A stretch of DNA of 64,000 nucleotides, taken from NCBI GenBank assembly GCA_031284525.1, contig JAISZR010000001.1, positions 51,623 to 115,622 of the forward strand, written 5' to 3'. A model generated the notes under the pieces. The model made no database searches, had not been told where the DNA came from, and saw nothing but the letters and a program-made list of their open reading frames with translations. This DNA comes from Oscillospiraceae bacterium (GTDB lineage Bacteria; Bacillota; Clostridia; Oscillospirales; Ruminococcaceae). Position numbers and translations under genes: made by a program. This document shows, piece after piece, positions 17,326 through 26,821 of the stretch (position 1 is its first letter; every line of letters starts with the position of its first letter).

Positions 17326-19392
17326 ATGAGAAGGTTGACGGCATTGATTCCAGTATTTGTTGTCTTTGTTGTGTTGCTGATTTTGATACCGCTGCCAACT
17401 GGCTTACTGGACACCATGTTTGTGCTGAACATAACGGTGTCGGTGATTATGCTTTTAACGACTATGTACATTAGGGATACTCTGCAGTTTTCAATTTTGC
17501 CGACACTATTGCTTATCACGACGGTGGCGAGGATTGCACTCAATGTCTCTTCCGCCAGATTGATTCTTTCTAACAGCGGCAAGGCGGGCAAGGTTATCAA
17601 GACGTTTGGTGATTTTGTGCTTGGTGGAAACGTAGTGGTCGGTTTTGTTGTGTTTTTGATTATTATTGCCGTTCAGTTTTTCGTTATTGTTAAAGGTTCC
17701 GAAAGAGTTGCCGAGGTTGCAGCGAGGTTTACTTTGGACGCGATGCCAGGGAAGCAGATGGCCATTGATGCAGATCTTAGTGCTGGAATAATCAATGAGC
17801 AAGAAGCTGTGGCAAGGCGCCAGAAGGTTCAGCGCGAGGCAGATTTTTTTGGTGCTATGGATGGTGCTTCAAAGTTCGTTAAGGGAGATTCGATTCTTTC
17901 TATTCTTGTGGTGGTTGTTAATTTTGTCGGCGGGTTGATTGCCGGCATGGTTCAGGGAGGTCACAGCTTTAATGAGGTGCTGAATATCTATTCTATTGCC
18001 ACGGTCGGCGATGGGCTTGCTTCTCAGTTGCCGTCGCTCATGATCTCGATTGCAACAGGAATTGTTGTAACTAGGGCGGCCTCAAACGAAAGTTTTGATG
18101 TTGATATTTCCAGACAGTTTTTGTCGCAGCCATATGCGCTTATCATCACGGGTGGTGTTTTGCTTTGTTTTATCGCGATTCCTGGGTTCCCCAGGCTTGC
18201 ACCAATCACAATCGGAAGCTTGTTGATTTTCTTGGGTTTGCGTTTGCTGCGGGCTTCAAATGCTTCCGTGTCTGAGGCGGCTGCTGCTGATACCGAGTTG
18301 TCGCACCGGCCGCTCAGGGAGGCCGAGTACTACAAAAATCCAGAAAATATTTACGATTTGATTGCGGTTGAACCAATGGAAATGGAGCTTGGATATAGTC
18401 TCATTGCAATGGTAAATAAAAAGAATGGCACGAGCAGTTTTGTAGATCGGATTGTTATGTTGCGCAAACAGTTTGCGGTGGAGACAGGGATGGTATTCCC
18501 AACAGTAAGGCTGCGTGATAACAGTTTGATAAGCCCGAATCAGTATATCATCAAAGTAAAAGGTGAAGAGGTTGCAAGGGGCGAGGTTTTGATAGATTAC
18601 TACTTGGCGTTGGACCCCGGAAATGTTAAGGGGGAGATTGAGGGGATAGATGTTGTGGAGCCGGCTTACGGGATTCCAAGTAAGTGGATTTTGAGGTCAG
18701 AAAAAGAAAACGCGGAAGTTTTGGGTTACACCTTGATAGATCCGGTTTCGGTGATTATAACTCACCTGTCGGAAGTCATTAAGCATCACGCGTTTGAGTT
18801 GCTTGGCAAGAAAGATGTGGAGAATTTGCTCGAGAATGTTAAGAAGACGGGCCGGGCTTCTTTGGAGGGAGTTGTTCCAGATTATATCTCGCTAGTAGAT
18901 TTTCACAAGATACTTTCAAACTTGCTCAAAGAGTTCGTGCCGATAAAAGATATGGAAACGATCATTGGTGTGGTGGCAGAAAATGCGGTGACGGTAAAAG
19001 ATGTTGATGTGTTGACGGAATGTGTGCGACAGGCTTTGAAGCGGACAATAACGAGAACCTTCACAAAGGACGGAAGTTTGGTTGTGATTGCCCTTTCTCC
19101 TAGAATAGAAAAGCTTGTAATGGGGAATGTGAAGAGGGCGGAGAATAAAACTTATCTGCACCTCGAGCCGGAGATTGTGACAGAAATTGTGGAAGGCGTC
19201 AAAGCTCAGATTGATAAACATAAGAACCTGCTTACAACGCCGATAATTTTAACTTCTTCTGCTATCAGGGTTTATGTTAGCAGGTTGCTTGAACAATTTA
19301 TCCCGAATGTTGCTGTTCTTTCGTTTAGTGAAATTGAAAATTCGGTACAGATTCTTGCGATTGGCAATGTTGATTTGAAAGAGGCGAGTTGA
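17326..19392 (+). CDS. flhA: Flagellar export gate protein FlhA
   Basis: 688 aa. FVIVKGSERVAEVAARFTLDAMPGKQMAIDADL and the FHIPEP region are conserved. Confidence 0.97.
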   Translation: MRRLTALIPVFVVFVVLLILIPLPTGLLDTMFVLNITVSVIMLLTTMYIRDTLQFSILPTLLLITTVARIALNVSSARLILSNSGKAGKVIKTFGDFVLGGNVVVGFVVFLIIIAVQFFVIVKGSERVAEVAARFTLDAMPGKQMAIDADLSAGIINEQEAVARRQKVQREADFFGAMDGASKFVKGDSILSILVVVVNFVGGLIAGMVQGGHSFNEVLNIYSIATVGDGLASQLPSLMISIATGIVVTRAASNESFDVDISRQFLSQPYALIITGGVLLCFIAIPGFPRLAPITIGSLLIFLGLRLLRASNASVSEAAAADTELSHRPLREAEYYKNPENIYDLIAVEPMEMELGYSLIAMVNKKNGTSSFVDRIVMLRKQFAVETGMVFPTVRLRDNSLISPNQYIIKVKGEEVARGEVLIDYYLALDPGNVKGEIEGIDVVEPAYGIPSKWILRSEKENAEVLGYTLIDPVSVIITHLSEVIKHHAFELLGKKDVENLLENVKKTGRASLEGVVPDYISLVDFHKILSNLLKEFVPIKDMETIIGVVAENAVTVKDVDVLTECVRQALKRTITRTFTKDGSLVVIALSPRIEKLVMGNVKRAENKTYLHLEPEIVTEIVEGVKAQIDKHKNLLTTPIILTSSAIRVYVSRLLEQFIPNVAVLSFSEIENSVQILAIGNVDLKEAS

Positions 19393-19431
19393 TCGGTCCC
19401 TATTGAGAACTGTAAAGAGAAGTGAGACAGT

Positions 19432-20187
19432 ATGACGGAAGATGTTGCAACTGATAATGAGATGTGGAAACTTTATTGCCAGACGAAGGATGCTAAACTC
19501 CGAGATAGACTAGTGATACGATATGCAGGATTGGTGAAGGGGATTGTCCTAAAGATGCGGGGTATCTATAACGATTCGGATACTGATGATATTATAGGGC
19601 ACGGAATGATAACTCTTGTGGAGTGTGTTGATAGATTCGATTATGTCCGCGGGATAAAGTTCGAGACTTTTGCGTCAATTAGAATTCGAGGGAATGTTAT
19701 TGATTATTTGCGGCAACAGGATTGGGTACCAAGAAATCTTAGAAAAGAAGCCAAGAAAGTAGAAAAAGCTTTTACAGATCTGGAGTGTGATGATGATGAA
19801 AGGCTAGAAGAAAAAGTCGCGAGTTACCTAGGTACCACGGTAGAGAATGTGCGAAAGCTTATGAGTGAAATAAATAAATTCAATATTATATCTTATGAAG
19901 AGTTGGTTTATGATGCTCTCAGTGGTACGCAAGTGGAAATCCAAGATACAACGAATACGGGGGTTCCAGATAGTGAATTGCTCAAAAAGGAATTCTTAGA
20001 ATATCTGACAGCGGCACTTGAAGAACTTCGGGCGAGAGAAAAATTGATCTTGGCGCTATATTATAGTGAGACATTAAAGCTCAAAGAAATAGCCGAGATA
20101 ATAGGGGTCACGGAATCGAGAGTTTGTCAGATTCACGGCGAGTCACTAAAAAAACTTAAAGAATCCTTGGAGATATATTTGAAATAA
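19432..20187 (+). CDS. fliA: Flagellar RNA polymerase sigma factor (sigma-28, FliA/SigD family)
   Basis: Sigma-70 regions 2, 3 and 4 are recognisable (RLVIRYAGLVKGI..., FETFASIRIRGNVIDYLR, LKEIAEIIGVTESRVCQIH). Position after flhA. Confidence 0.88.
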   Translation: MTEDVATDNEMWKLYCQTKDAKLRDRLVIRYAGLVKGIVLKMRGIYNDSDTDDIIGHGMITLVECVDRFDYVRGIKFETFASIRIRGNVIDYLRQQDWVPRNLRKEAKKVEKAFTDLECDDDERLEEKVASYLGTTVENVRKLMSEINKFNIISYEELVYDALSGTQVEIQDTTNTGVPDSELLKKEFLEYLTAALEELRAREKLILALYYSETLKLKEIAEIIGVTESRVCQIHGESLKKLKESLEIYLK

Positions 20188-20206
20188 GAAATGAGGAGGA
20201 AATTTT

Positions 20207-20968
20207 ATGGCTATTCTAAGTAGTTTTTACCCTGTGGCCTCAGCAGTGCTGACTTATGAGAATGAGGTTGACAAGTGTATAGAAAATGCAGCGAACACGC
20301 ATACTATAGGATTTAAAGGTAGCATGTACAGGACAGAGTCGATGCCCGAGCATATTAGATTGCGGACGAATGGTTCTGAGCGTGTGCAGATTGGTGAGGG
20401 CAGTGACGGTATCTACAGCGGCAAGGTTGTTACCGATTTTTCGGAAGGTGAGCTTGTGGAAACCGCAAGGCCGCTGGACTTTGCTATCACCGGGAATGCG
20501 TTCTTTAGGTTAATTGGTGAAGATGATAAAATTAAAGTAACGCGAGCCGGAAATTTACATTTGGATGATGAAGGGTATTTGGTGGCCCCAAGTGGAGAAA
20601 AGGTGATGGGGGCCGATGGAGCCGCGATATTGCTGCGGACTGATCAAGTTGTATTAGGTGGGGATGGGGCACTGGTAGATAAGGACGGTCAGTCTCTGGG
20701 TAAGATTGGGGTTTGGGTGGTTAAAGATGAAAAAGAACTTGAAAGAACGGATGACAATTGTTTTATAGCAAAAACAATAGAGCTTGTTGAACTGCCGAGT
20801 AACGATGCAGCGCTCCGTCAATGTGTGCTGGAAGAGAGCAATGTTGATCCTGTGCCAAACACGCTCTCGATTGCGAAATATTCGCAGGGGTTAGGGTATT
20901 ATACAAACGTCGGGGGGATGACAAAAAAAATGGATGAAAGAATTAATGAGATTGTGTCACAAAGATAG
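20207..20968 (+). CDS. flgF: Flagellar basal-body rod protein, FlgF/FlgG family (divergent)
   Basis: N-terminal IENAANTHTIGFK and C-terminal LEESNVDPV... rod-protein boxes. Paired with the next gene, as in Clostridia. Confidence 0.7.
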   Translation: MAILSSFYPVASAVLTYENEVDKCIENAANTHTIGFKGSMYRTESMPEHIRLRTNGSERVQIGEGSDGIYSGKVVTDFSEGELVETARPLDFAITGNAFFRLIGEDDKIKVTRAGNLHLDDEGYLVAPSGEKVMGADGAAILLRTDQVVLGGDGALVDKDGQSLGKIGVWVVKDEKELERTDDNCFIAKTIELVELPSNDAALRQCVLEESNVDPVPNTLSIAKYSQGLGYYTNVGGMTKKMDERINEIVSQR

Positions 20969-20985
20969 TCAAAGGAGGCTACATA

Positions 20986-21726
20986 ATGATGAGTGGTATG
21001 TCTATGATTAGGAGCGGGGTACGGTTCCAAGAGGCTGCAATTGAGAATGCGGCTAACAATGGGGCTTCTTCGAACAGCGTAGGTTTTTCAAAAAGGTACT
21101 TCTTCTCTGTTGATAAAAAGCATGGCAAATTGACCGCGAGCAACAATGCGCAAGATAAGGGTACAAGTGTTGGAATTGACTCTTATTCGCCTTTTGAGCA
21201 GGGAGACTTAAGGGAAGTATCTAATCCTTTGTGTTATTCTATAACTGGGAGCGAAGGGTACTTTAAGTTGGAAGACGACGATGAGAATGTTCTTTTCACA
21301 CGGGCCGGGGATTTTGAGCTAGTGAAGGTAAAAGAAACAGATGAGAAAACTGGCGAAAAGAAAGAGGTCTTCTATCTTGGGCATGGCGATGGTTTCTTTG
21401 TGATTGGTTCAGATGGTAAAAGAATAAAATATGACCCAAACAACGATACAGAAGAGCTTGATATTGGAGTTTTTGACGTGGCGGAGCACTACAAGATGTT
21501 GCCGGTTGGAGAATCTAGATTTGTTTATAAGGGGTTGGGAGAACCCTCGTTGGATAAGAATGCTGAAATAGAACAGAATTCTTTGGAGATTCCTAGGGTT
21601 GACATGCCGGGTGAAGCTGTAGATTTGGCAAGACGCTCCAACGATTTTGCAGTTTTGCTGAGGGCGTTTGAGAAGAAGAGAGAAGCAGGTGATAAGATGA
21701 TTGGTGTTTTGGGTGGTGGCCGTTAG
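20986..21726 (+). CDS. flgG: Flagellar basal-body rod protein, FlgG family (divergent)
   Basis: N-terminal QEAAIENAANNGASSNSVGFS and a C-terminal LEIPRVDMPGEAVDLARRSNDF rod-type heptad region. Confidence 0.65.
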   Translation: MMSGMSMIRSGVRFQEAAIENAANNGASSNSVGFSKRYFFSVDKKHGKLTASNNAQDKGTSVGIDSYSPFEQGDLREVSNPLCYSITGSEGYFKLEDDDENVLFTRAGDFELVKVKETDEKTGEKKEVFYLGHGDGFFVIGSDGKRIKYDPNNDTEELDIGVFDVAEHYKMLPVGESRFVYKGLGEPSLDKNAEIEQNSLEIPRVDMPGEAVDLARRSNDFAVLLRAFEKKREAGDKMIGVLGGGR

Positions 21727-21834
21727 CCGCGCCCATTCATTAATTAGGAACGAATTTACTTCTTCGAATTTCCCTCTGTTTTTGAAGGAGAAAGTTCTAG
21801 AAGAAGCAAATTGGGGGACGGGAATTGGTTCTGG

Positions 21835-23127
21835 ATGAAAATAAGTTTTCATACCTTGGGATGTAAGGTCAACCAATATGAGACGCAGGTTTTGAAAGAA
21901 AAGCTTGGGGAGGCCGGTTTTGAGATTGCCAAAAAAGGAGAAACGGCAGATATCTGTGTTGTTAATTCCTGCACGGTGACCTCAGTCAGTGACAGAAAAA
22001 CACGGCAGATAATCAGTAAAGCAAGACGTGGCGGCGATGTTTTTCTTGTTTTAACGGGTTGTTTTGTGAGTGCGTTTGCCAAGGAAGCCGCCGGGCTTGA
22101 TGTTGATCTTTTGATCCCCAATGAAGAAAAGATGAAGTTACCCGAGCTCTTGAGTGAACGCTTTGGGGAACAGATAAATACAAGGGTCAAGGTTCCAAGA
22201 AATGCGTTGCCGGAGTGTAGGACTCGAGCTTTTTTAAAGATTCAGGATGGCTGTAATCGTTCTTGTTCTTATTGCATAATTCCGAAATCTAGAGGGATGA
22301 GTCACTCAAAAAGTTTGGATGAAATCAAAACTCAGGTTTCGAAGTTGGCAGAGCGTGGTTTCAAAGAAATTGTGTTGGTTGGGATCAACTTGTTGTTTTA
22401 TGGCGAAGATATCGGGTGTGAGTTGGCTGATGCGGTGGAGCTGGTTTGTGGGGATCCCAAAATTCAAAGAGTTCGCATCGGGTCGCTTGAGCCAGAAGTT
22501 GTGACACGGAGGCTATTAGTTAGGCTTTTGCAACAACAAAAGTTTTGTCCGCATTTTCACATCTCTTTGCAAAGCGGTTCTAATGAGGTTTTGCGCAACA
22601 TGAATCGCCACTACACGGCACAGGAATATGAGGCCAATGTTGGCATGATACGGGAATTGTTTAAAGATGCGTCTATAACCACAGATGTTATCGTTGGGTT
22701 CCCGGGTGAAACCGAATTGGATTTTGAGGAATCTTTGGAATTTGTGCGGAGGATGAAGTTCGCAAAGGTGCACATCTTCCCTTATTCGCGGCGCTTGGGG
22801 ACTAAGGCGGCCTTGATGGAACAGGTTGCGGCGGAAGTGAAAAAACGGCGTTTCGAAAGAATGAACGTGGTTGCGAAGGCCGGTCAACGGGAATTTTACT
22901 TGCGCATGGTTGGAAGGACGGAATCAGTTTTATTTGAAAGTGCTGTGGGGACGGCTGGTCAATTTAGAGGATACACTCCCAATTATGTGGGTGTTCTTTT
23001 TGCGTCTGGCGACGATCCTAGGAATGAGATTGTGAAATTGCGGATTGTGGCTGCGGATGAAAATGGTTGCGTGGGAGTGAAAATAACGAATGACTGGCCT
23101 AGAAAACAAAAAGGACGAGCATATTGA
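21835..23127 (+). CDS. mtaB: Radical-SAM methylthiotransferase, MtaB-like (tRNA ms2t6A37)
   Basis: MKISFHTLGCKVNQYETQ N-terminus, radical-SAM CNRSCSYCIIP motif, C-terminal TRAM-like region. The ATG at 21835 is preferred over the TTG at 21811. Confidence 0.75.
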   Translation: MKISFHTLGCKVNQYETQVLKEKLGEAGFEIAKKGETADICVVNSCTVTSVSDRKTRQIISKARRGGDVFLVLTGCFVSAFAKEAAGLDVDLLIPNEEKMKLPELLSERFGEQINTRVKVPRNALPECRTRAFLKIQDGCNRSCSYCIIPKSRGMSHSKSLDEIKTQVSKLAERGFKEIVLVGINLLFYGEDIGCELADAVELVCGDPKIQRVRIGSLEPEVVTRRLLVRLLQQQKFCPHFHISLQSGSNEVLRNMNRHYTAQEYEANVGMIRELFKDASITTDVIVGFPGETELDFEESLEFVRRMKFAKVHIFPYSRRLGTKAALMEQVAAEVKKRRFERMNVVAKAGQREFYLRMVGRTESVLFESAVGTAGQFRGYTPNYVGVLFASGDDPRNEIVKLRIVAADENGCVGVKITNDWPRKQKGRAY

Positions 23128-23644
23128 AGTCGGAAAGATTATGGGTTTGCATGGTCTTAAGGGGGACATAAAGATTTACCCTTGGTGTGATGACCCTGCA
23201 CAGATCTTGGATGCCAAGGAGCTTTATGTTGATGGGGTAAGGCAGGATTTTTTTGATAGGCGCGAACACAAAAGAGTAGTTTTAACCAAGATTGAGGGAA
23301 TAAATACCCCGGAAGCGGCGAGAAAATACGTAAACAAAGTAATATATATCAGGCGCAGCGAAATTAAGCTTGAAGAAGGTGAATTTTTAATTCGGGATTT
23401 GCTTGGTCTGAACGTGATTGATGACCAGACTGGCGTTGTTTATGGCAAGATTTTTAATGTGATTAAGACGGGATCGAATGATGTTTATGAAATTAAAAAC
23501 GAAGGTGGAGCCGCAGATGGGAGCGGAAAAGTTTTTTTAATTCCGGCGATAAAAAGTGTTGTAAAGATTGTCGATTTGGAGCAGAATGTGATGAGGATAA
23601 CGCCAATTAAAGGGTTGTTTGATGATGAAAACAGTGAGGATTGA
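23090..23644 (+). CDS. rimM: 16S rRNA processing protein RimM
   Basis: IEVGKIMGLHGLKGDIKIY is the RimM N-terminal signature, with a PRC-barrel-like C-terminus. Directly followed by trmD. Confidence 0.88.
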   Translation: MTGLENKKDEHIEVGKIMGLHGLKGDIKIYPWCDDPAQILDAKELYVDGVRQDFFDRREHKRVVLTKIEGINTPEAARKYVNKVIYIRRSEIKLEEGEFLIRDLLGLNVIDDQTGVVYGKIFNVIKTGSNDVYEIKNEGGAADGSGKVFLIPAIKSVVKIVDLEQNVMRITPIKGLFDDENSED

Positions 23645-24347
23645 TATCGCAACGTTATTTCCAGAGATGTGTGATGTTGTCCTTAGCGAAAGCATTGTCG
23701 GCATGGCAAAATCGAAGGGCATCATTGAAGTGCACACGCATAACATAAGGGATTATGCGAAGGGTTGTTACCGAAAAGTAGATGATTATCCGTATGGTGG
23801 TGGCTTTGGAATGCTTTTGCTGGCCGAGCCGATCTATCAGTGCATTCGGTCGATAAAGGATTCTTTAGCCGGTGTGTCCGCAATCGTGCTTTACATGTCT
23901 CCCAAGGGTGAGCGGTTGACCCAACGTAAAGTGTTTGAACTTGCTAGAGTTCCGAATATAATTATCCTAGCTGGTCATTACGAAGGAGTTGATCAGCGCG
24001 TTTTAGATTTGGTCGTTGACGAAGAAATTTCGGTTGGGGATTATGTTTTAACGGGTGGCGAGTTGCCAGCGCTCACTTTGGTAGATGCTATTTCACGGTG
24101 TTTGCCGGGTGTCCTTTCTGATGAGGAATGTTACATTAATGAAAGTCACAGCAACAACATGCTAGAGTATCCACAATACACAAGGCCTGAGGTTTGGCGA
24201 GGGTTAAGAGTTCCCAGAGTGTTGCTTTCGGGAGATCACGCGGGGATTCAGAGTTGGCAAGAAGAGGCAGCCTTAAAAATCACAAAAGAAAAGCGACCGG
24301 ATTTGTTGGGTGAAATGGAAAAGATGGTGAACAAGAAGGGAGGATAG
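23625..24347 (+). CDS. trmD: tRNA (guanine37-N1)-methyltransferase TrmD
   Basis: RIDIATLFPEM..., DDYPYGGGFGMLL, GHYEGVDQRV and VLLSGDHAGI are conserved TrmD blocks. Confidence 0.96.
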   Translation: MKTVRIDIATLFPEMCDVVLSESIVGMAKSKGIIEVHTHNIRDYAKGCYRKVDDYPYGGGFGMLLLAEPIYQCIRSIKDSLAGVSAIVLYMSPKGERLTQRKVFELARVPNIIILAGHYEGVDQRVLDLVVDEEISVGDYVLTGGELPALTLVDAISRCLPGVLSDEECYINESHSNNMLEYPQYTRPEVWRGLRVPRVLLSGDHAGIQSWQEEAALKITKEKRPDLLGEMEKMVNKKGG

Positions 24348-24352
24348 CTTTT

Positions 24353-24898
24353 ATGGAGGGGCTCAGGGCGGGTGTGGGTCCTTTGGGTTTTACAGATTTG
24401 TCAGAAATTAAGCTGGTAATTTGCTACTTGCTCAGTTGCTGCAAGGAGCCACTTAGTAAGGAACAGATATTTGATATACTTGATTTGAACAAAATTGTGA
24501 ATTATTTTTATTTTTCCCAAGCCTTGGAAGAATTAACTCGCTGTGGGCAGGTAAAAAGGGTTGACGGTCGCTATAGCCCCGAAAAAGAGGGAATTGAGTC
24601 GGCGCGGACATTGAAGGAAACTCTTGCCAAAAACATAAGAGAACTTTTGGCAAATTCTGCGATGAACTATGACGAGAAAATAAACTTTGAAAAATGGCAT
24701 GACATCCAGGTGGGGAAAAATGAGTTTGGATATACGGTTACGTGCGAGATCGCCGATGAAACTGTGAAATTGATGAGTATTACATTGTTTGTCCCCGAAG
24801 AAAAGATGTTAAACACGGTGAAGAAGCGGTTCAAAGAGGGTTCGCAGGAGATATATAAAACTATAGTCAATCTTTTAACGGGGGAAGATTTTGACTGA
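24353..24898 (+). CDS. Conserved hypothetical protein (DUF4364-like, Clostridia)
   Basis: 181-aa soluble protein with good coding character. The family assignment is from memory only. Confidence 0.45.
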   Translation: MEGLRAGVGPLGFTDLSEIKLVICYLLSCCKEPLSKEQIFDILDLNKIVNYFYFSQALEELTRCGQVKRVDGRYSPEKEGIESARTLKETLAKNIRELLANSAMNYDEKINFEKWHDIQVGKNEFGYTVTCEIADETVKLMSITLFVPEEKMLNTVKKRFKEGSQEIYKTIVNLLTGEDFD

Positions 24899-24935
24899 AT
24901 GGCCCGAAAAAAAAAAACAGAAGGTGGTGATGTGA

Positions 24936-25349
24936 GTGGAAGATAACTTTAACGATGCAGTGAGAAACATTATGTTAAAATTTAAGGAATTGATTGAAAC
25001 CGAGGTAGTAATCGGCGAGCCGATGAACGTTAAAGAGGGTACGGTTGTAATTCCGATTTCAAAGGTTTCACTCGGTCTTGCGTTGGGTGGATCTGATGTG
25101 ACGAAAAAAGAAAAAAATCCGGGTTATTCCCTTGGCAGCGGTGCGGGAGTGAGTTTGACCCCGATTGGATTTTTGGTTGTTGATGAAAATGGAGTGAAGC
25201 TTTTGGAATTTGGGAGTTCAGGCCGGTTGCAGGACTTGCTTGCAGAAATTCCGGGGCTGTGTAAAAATATAGCTGCACGTTTCAATTCAAAAAAAGATGG
25301 TAAGGGAGCAAAAAAGGACAAAGAAAAAAAGAGTGAGAATGATGCCTGA
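24936..25349 (+). CDS. ytfJ: Sporulation protein YtfJ (GerW family)
   Basis: GEPMNVKEGTVVIPISKVSLGLALGGSD...GSGAGVSLTPIGFLVV is the YtfJ core pattern. Confidence 0.75.
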   Translation: MEDNFNDAVRNIMLKFKELIETEVVIGEPMNVKEGTVVIPISKVSLGLALGGSDVTKKEKNPGYSLGSGAGVSLTPIGFLVVDENGVKLLEFGSSGRLQDLLAEIPGLCKNIAARFNSKKDGKGAKKDKEKKSENDA

Positions 25350-26118
25350 TTTTGACGCCGTTTTGCTCCAAAAAGCGTTTTCAACATACAGAATAATGAG
25401 CCGGAGAGCTGCTGAAAAAGCTATTCGCGGCGGGCGCGTTGCTGTGAATAAAAAACCAGCAGCAGTCGGAGTGCACGTGTGCATAAAACGTGATTTGGTC
25501 GAGCTTGATGGGCAGCCAGTAGAGTTTGACACCCCCAAAAAATTATACATTATGCTAAACAAGCCAAGAGGGTATGTTAGCAGTCTTCATGACGAGCATT
25601 GTAAACGTTTTGCGGTGGACCTATTGAGCGACATTAGGGAAAGGGTGTATAATGTTGGAAGGTTGGATAAAAATTCAGAAGGCCTCCTTCTTTTTACAAA
25701 CGACGGCGATTTCGCCAACAAAATTATGCATCCCAGAAACAAAATAGTTAAAACCTACAAGGTTACAATAAAACCGAGAGTGCGAGAGGCGCATCTGATA
25801 AAGCTTTCGTCCCAGTTCATTTTGGATGGCAAAGAGGTTTCTCAGGCTCAGGTGATGGTGGAACGGGAATATACCGATAGATCGGTTTTGATTATAAAAA
25901 TAACACAGGGAAAGAATCGGCAAATCCGAAGAATGTGTGATCTCACTGGGCTTGAAGTGGTAAGATTGAAGAGGATTGCTTTGGGTGATTTGAAGCTCGG
26001 TGTTCTCAAATTGGGGCAATATAGGTACCTTGCGCGCAGCGAGGTGGAGAGCTTTGATTTCTCTCTCTCGTCACAATTAGCCGTAAAAGGGCACTCCAAT
26101 CACAGATTTGTAAAGTGA
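25339..26118 (+). CDS. rluB: Pseudouridine synthase, RsuA/RluB family, with N-terminal S4 domain
   Basis: S4 motif (SRRAAEKAIRGGRVAVN). Catalytic block VGRLDKNSEGLLLFTNDG. KNRQIRRM motif. Confidence 0.85.
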   Translation: MMPDFDAVLLQKAFSTYRIMSRRAAEKAIRGGRVAVNKKPAAVGVHVCIKRDLVELDGQPVEFDTPKKLYIMLNKPRGYVSSLHDEHCKRFAVDLLSDIRERVYNVGRLDKNSEGLLLFTNDGDFANKIMHPRNKIVKTYKVTIKPRVREAHLIKLSSQFILDGKEVSQAQVMVEREYTDRSVLIIKITQGKNRQIRRMCDLTGLEVVRLKRIALGDLKLGVLKLGQYRYLARSEVESFDFSLSSQLAVKGHSNHRFVK

Positions 26119-26140
26119 AAAGTGAATCGAGGCGAAGATT

Positions 26141-26812
26141 TTGAGAGTGGTCATTGTGGGTGGTGGCAAGGTGGGTTATTACCTTGCTAAGACGTTGCTT
26201 GAACATGATCATAATCCGGTTATTGTAGAGATTAACAAGTTCATCTGCCACAAACTCGCGGATGAATTGGATATCCCGGTGATTTCAGGGGATGGAACAA
26301 CAATCCAGATGCTTGAACTTGCAAAGTTGGGAGAGGCTGATATCCTTGCAAGTGTAACTGGCAAAGATGAAGACAATCTGATTGCTTGCCAACTAGCTCA
26401 AAAACGTTTTGGGATTGAACGCACGGTTGCGAGGGTGAACAATCCCAAAAACATAAGGATAATGAAGGAGTTGGGAGTGGATGCTCCGGTGAGCAGTACC
26501 GATAACATTGCGAGGCTTATTGAACGGGAACTAAACACAAATGTAATTACGCAACTGCTCAGTCTAAACGGCGGAGAAGTTTCTTTGATTGAATTTAATG
26601 TACCCTCGAATTTTGAGTTTGATGGTACCACGTTGACAGAATTCAAGATGCCATCAGAAGCGGTGATTGTTGCAGTTTATCACGCCGGTGAGTTGGTTAT
26701 TCCAAGGGGAAATACAAAGCTCTTTGTGGGAGATCGGGTTGTTATTTTGATAAAGGATGAGATGATAAATGAACTTTATGAAACATTTAGCTTAAAAGAA
26801 GAGGATATATAA
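26141..26812 (+). CDS. trkA: Trk/Ktr potassium uptake protein, NAD-binding subunit (TrkA-N plus TrkA-C)
   Basis: Rossmann motif VVIVGGGKVGYYLA. 223 aa. No membrane subunit is adjacent. Confidence 0.8.
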   Translation: MRVVIVGGGKVGYYLAKTLLEHDHNPVIVEINKFICHKLADELDIPVISGDGTTIQMLELAKLGEADILASVTGKDEDNLIACQLAQKRFGIERTVARVNNPKNIRIMKELGVDAPVSSTDNIARLIERELNTNVITQLLSLNGGEVSLIEFNVPSNFEFDGTTLTEFKMPSEAVIVAVYHAGELVIPRGNTKLFVGDRVVILIKDEMINELYETFSLKEEDI

Positions 26813-26821
26813 TGAGGGTGT

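Noticed and set aside
16799-17600. 199-aa and 126-aa minus-strand ORFs across the flhB/flhA junction
   Set aside because: Antisense to conserved FlhB (NPTH) and the FlhA N-terminus, with no independent support.
19215-19246. Sigma-28-like -10 element GCCGATAA inside the 3' end of flhA, considered as a fliA autoregulatory promoter
   Set aside because: The nearest TAAA lies 20 nt upstream, and a TAAG 14 nt upstream, instead of the required 15-nt spacer. It also lies in coding sequence. Not supportable without TSS data.
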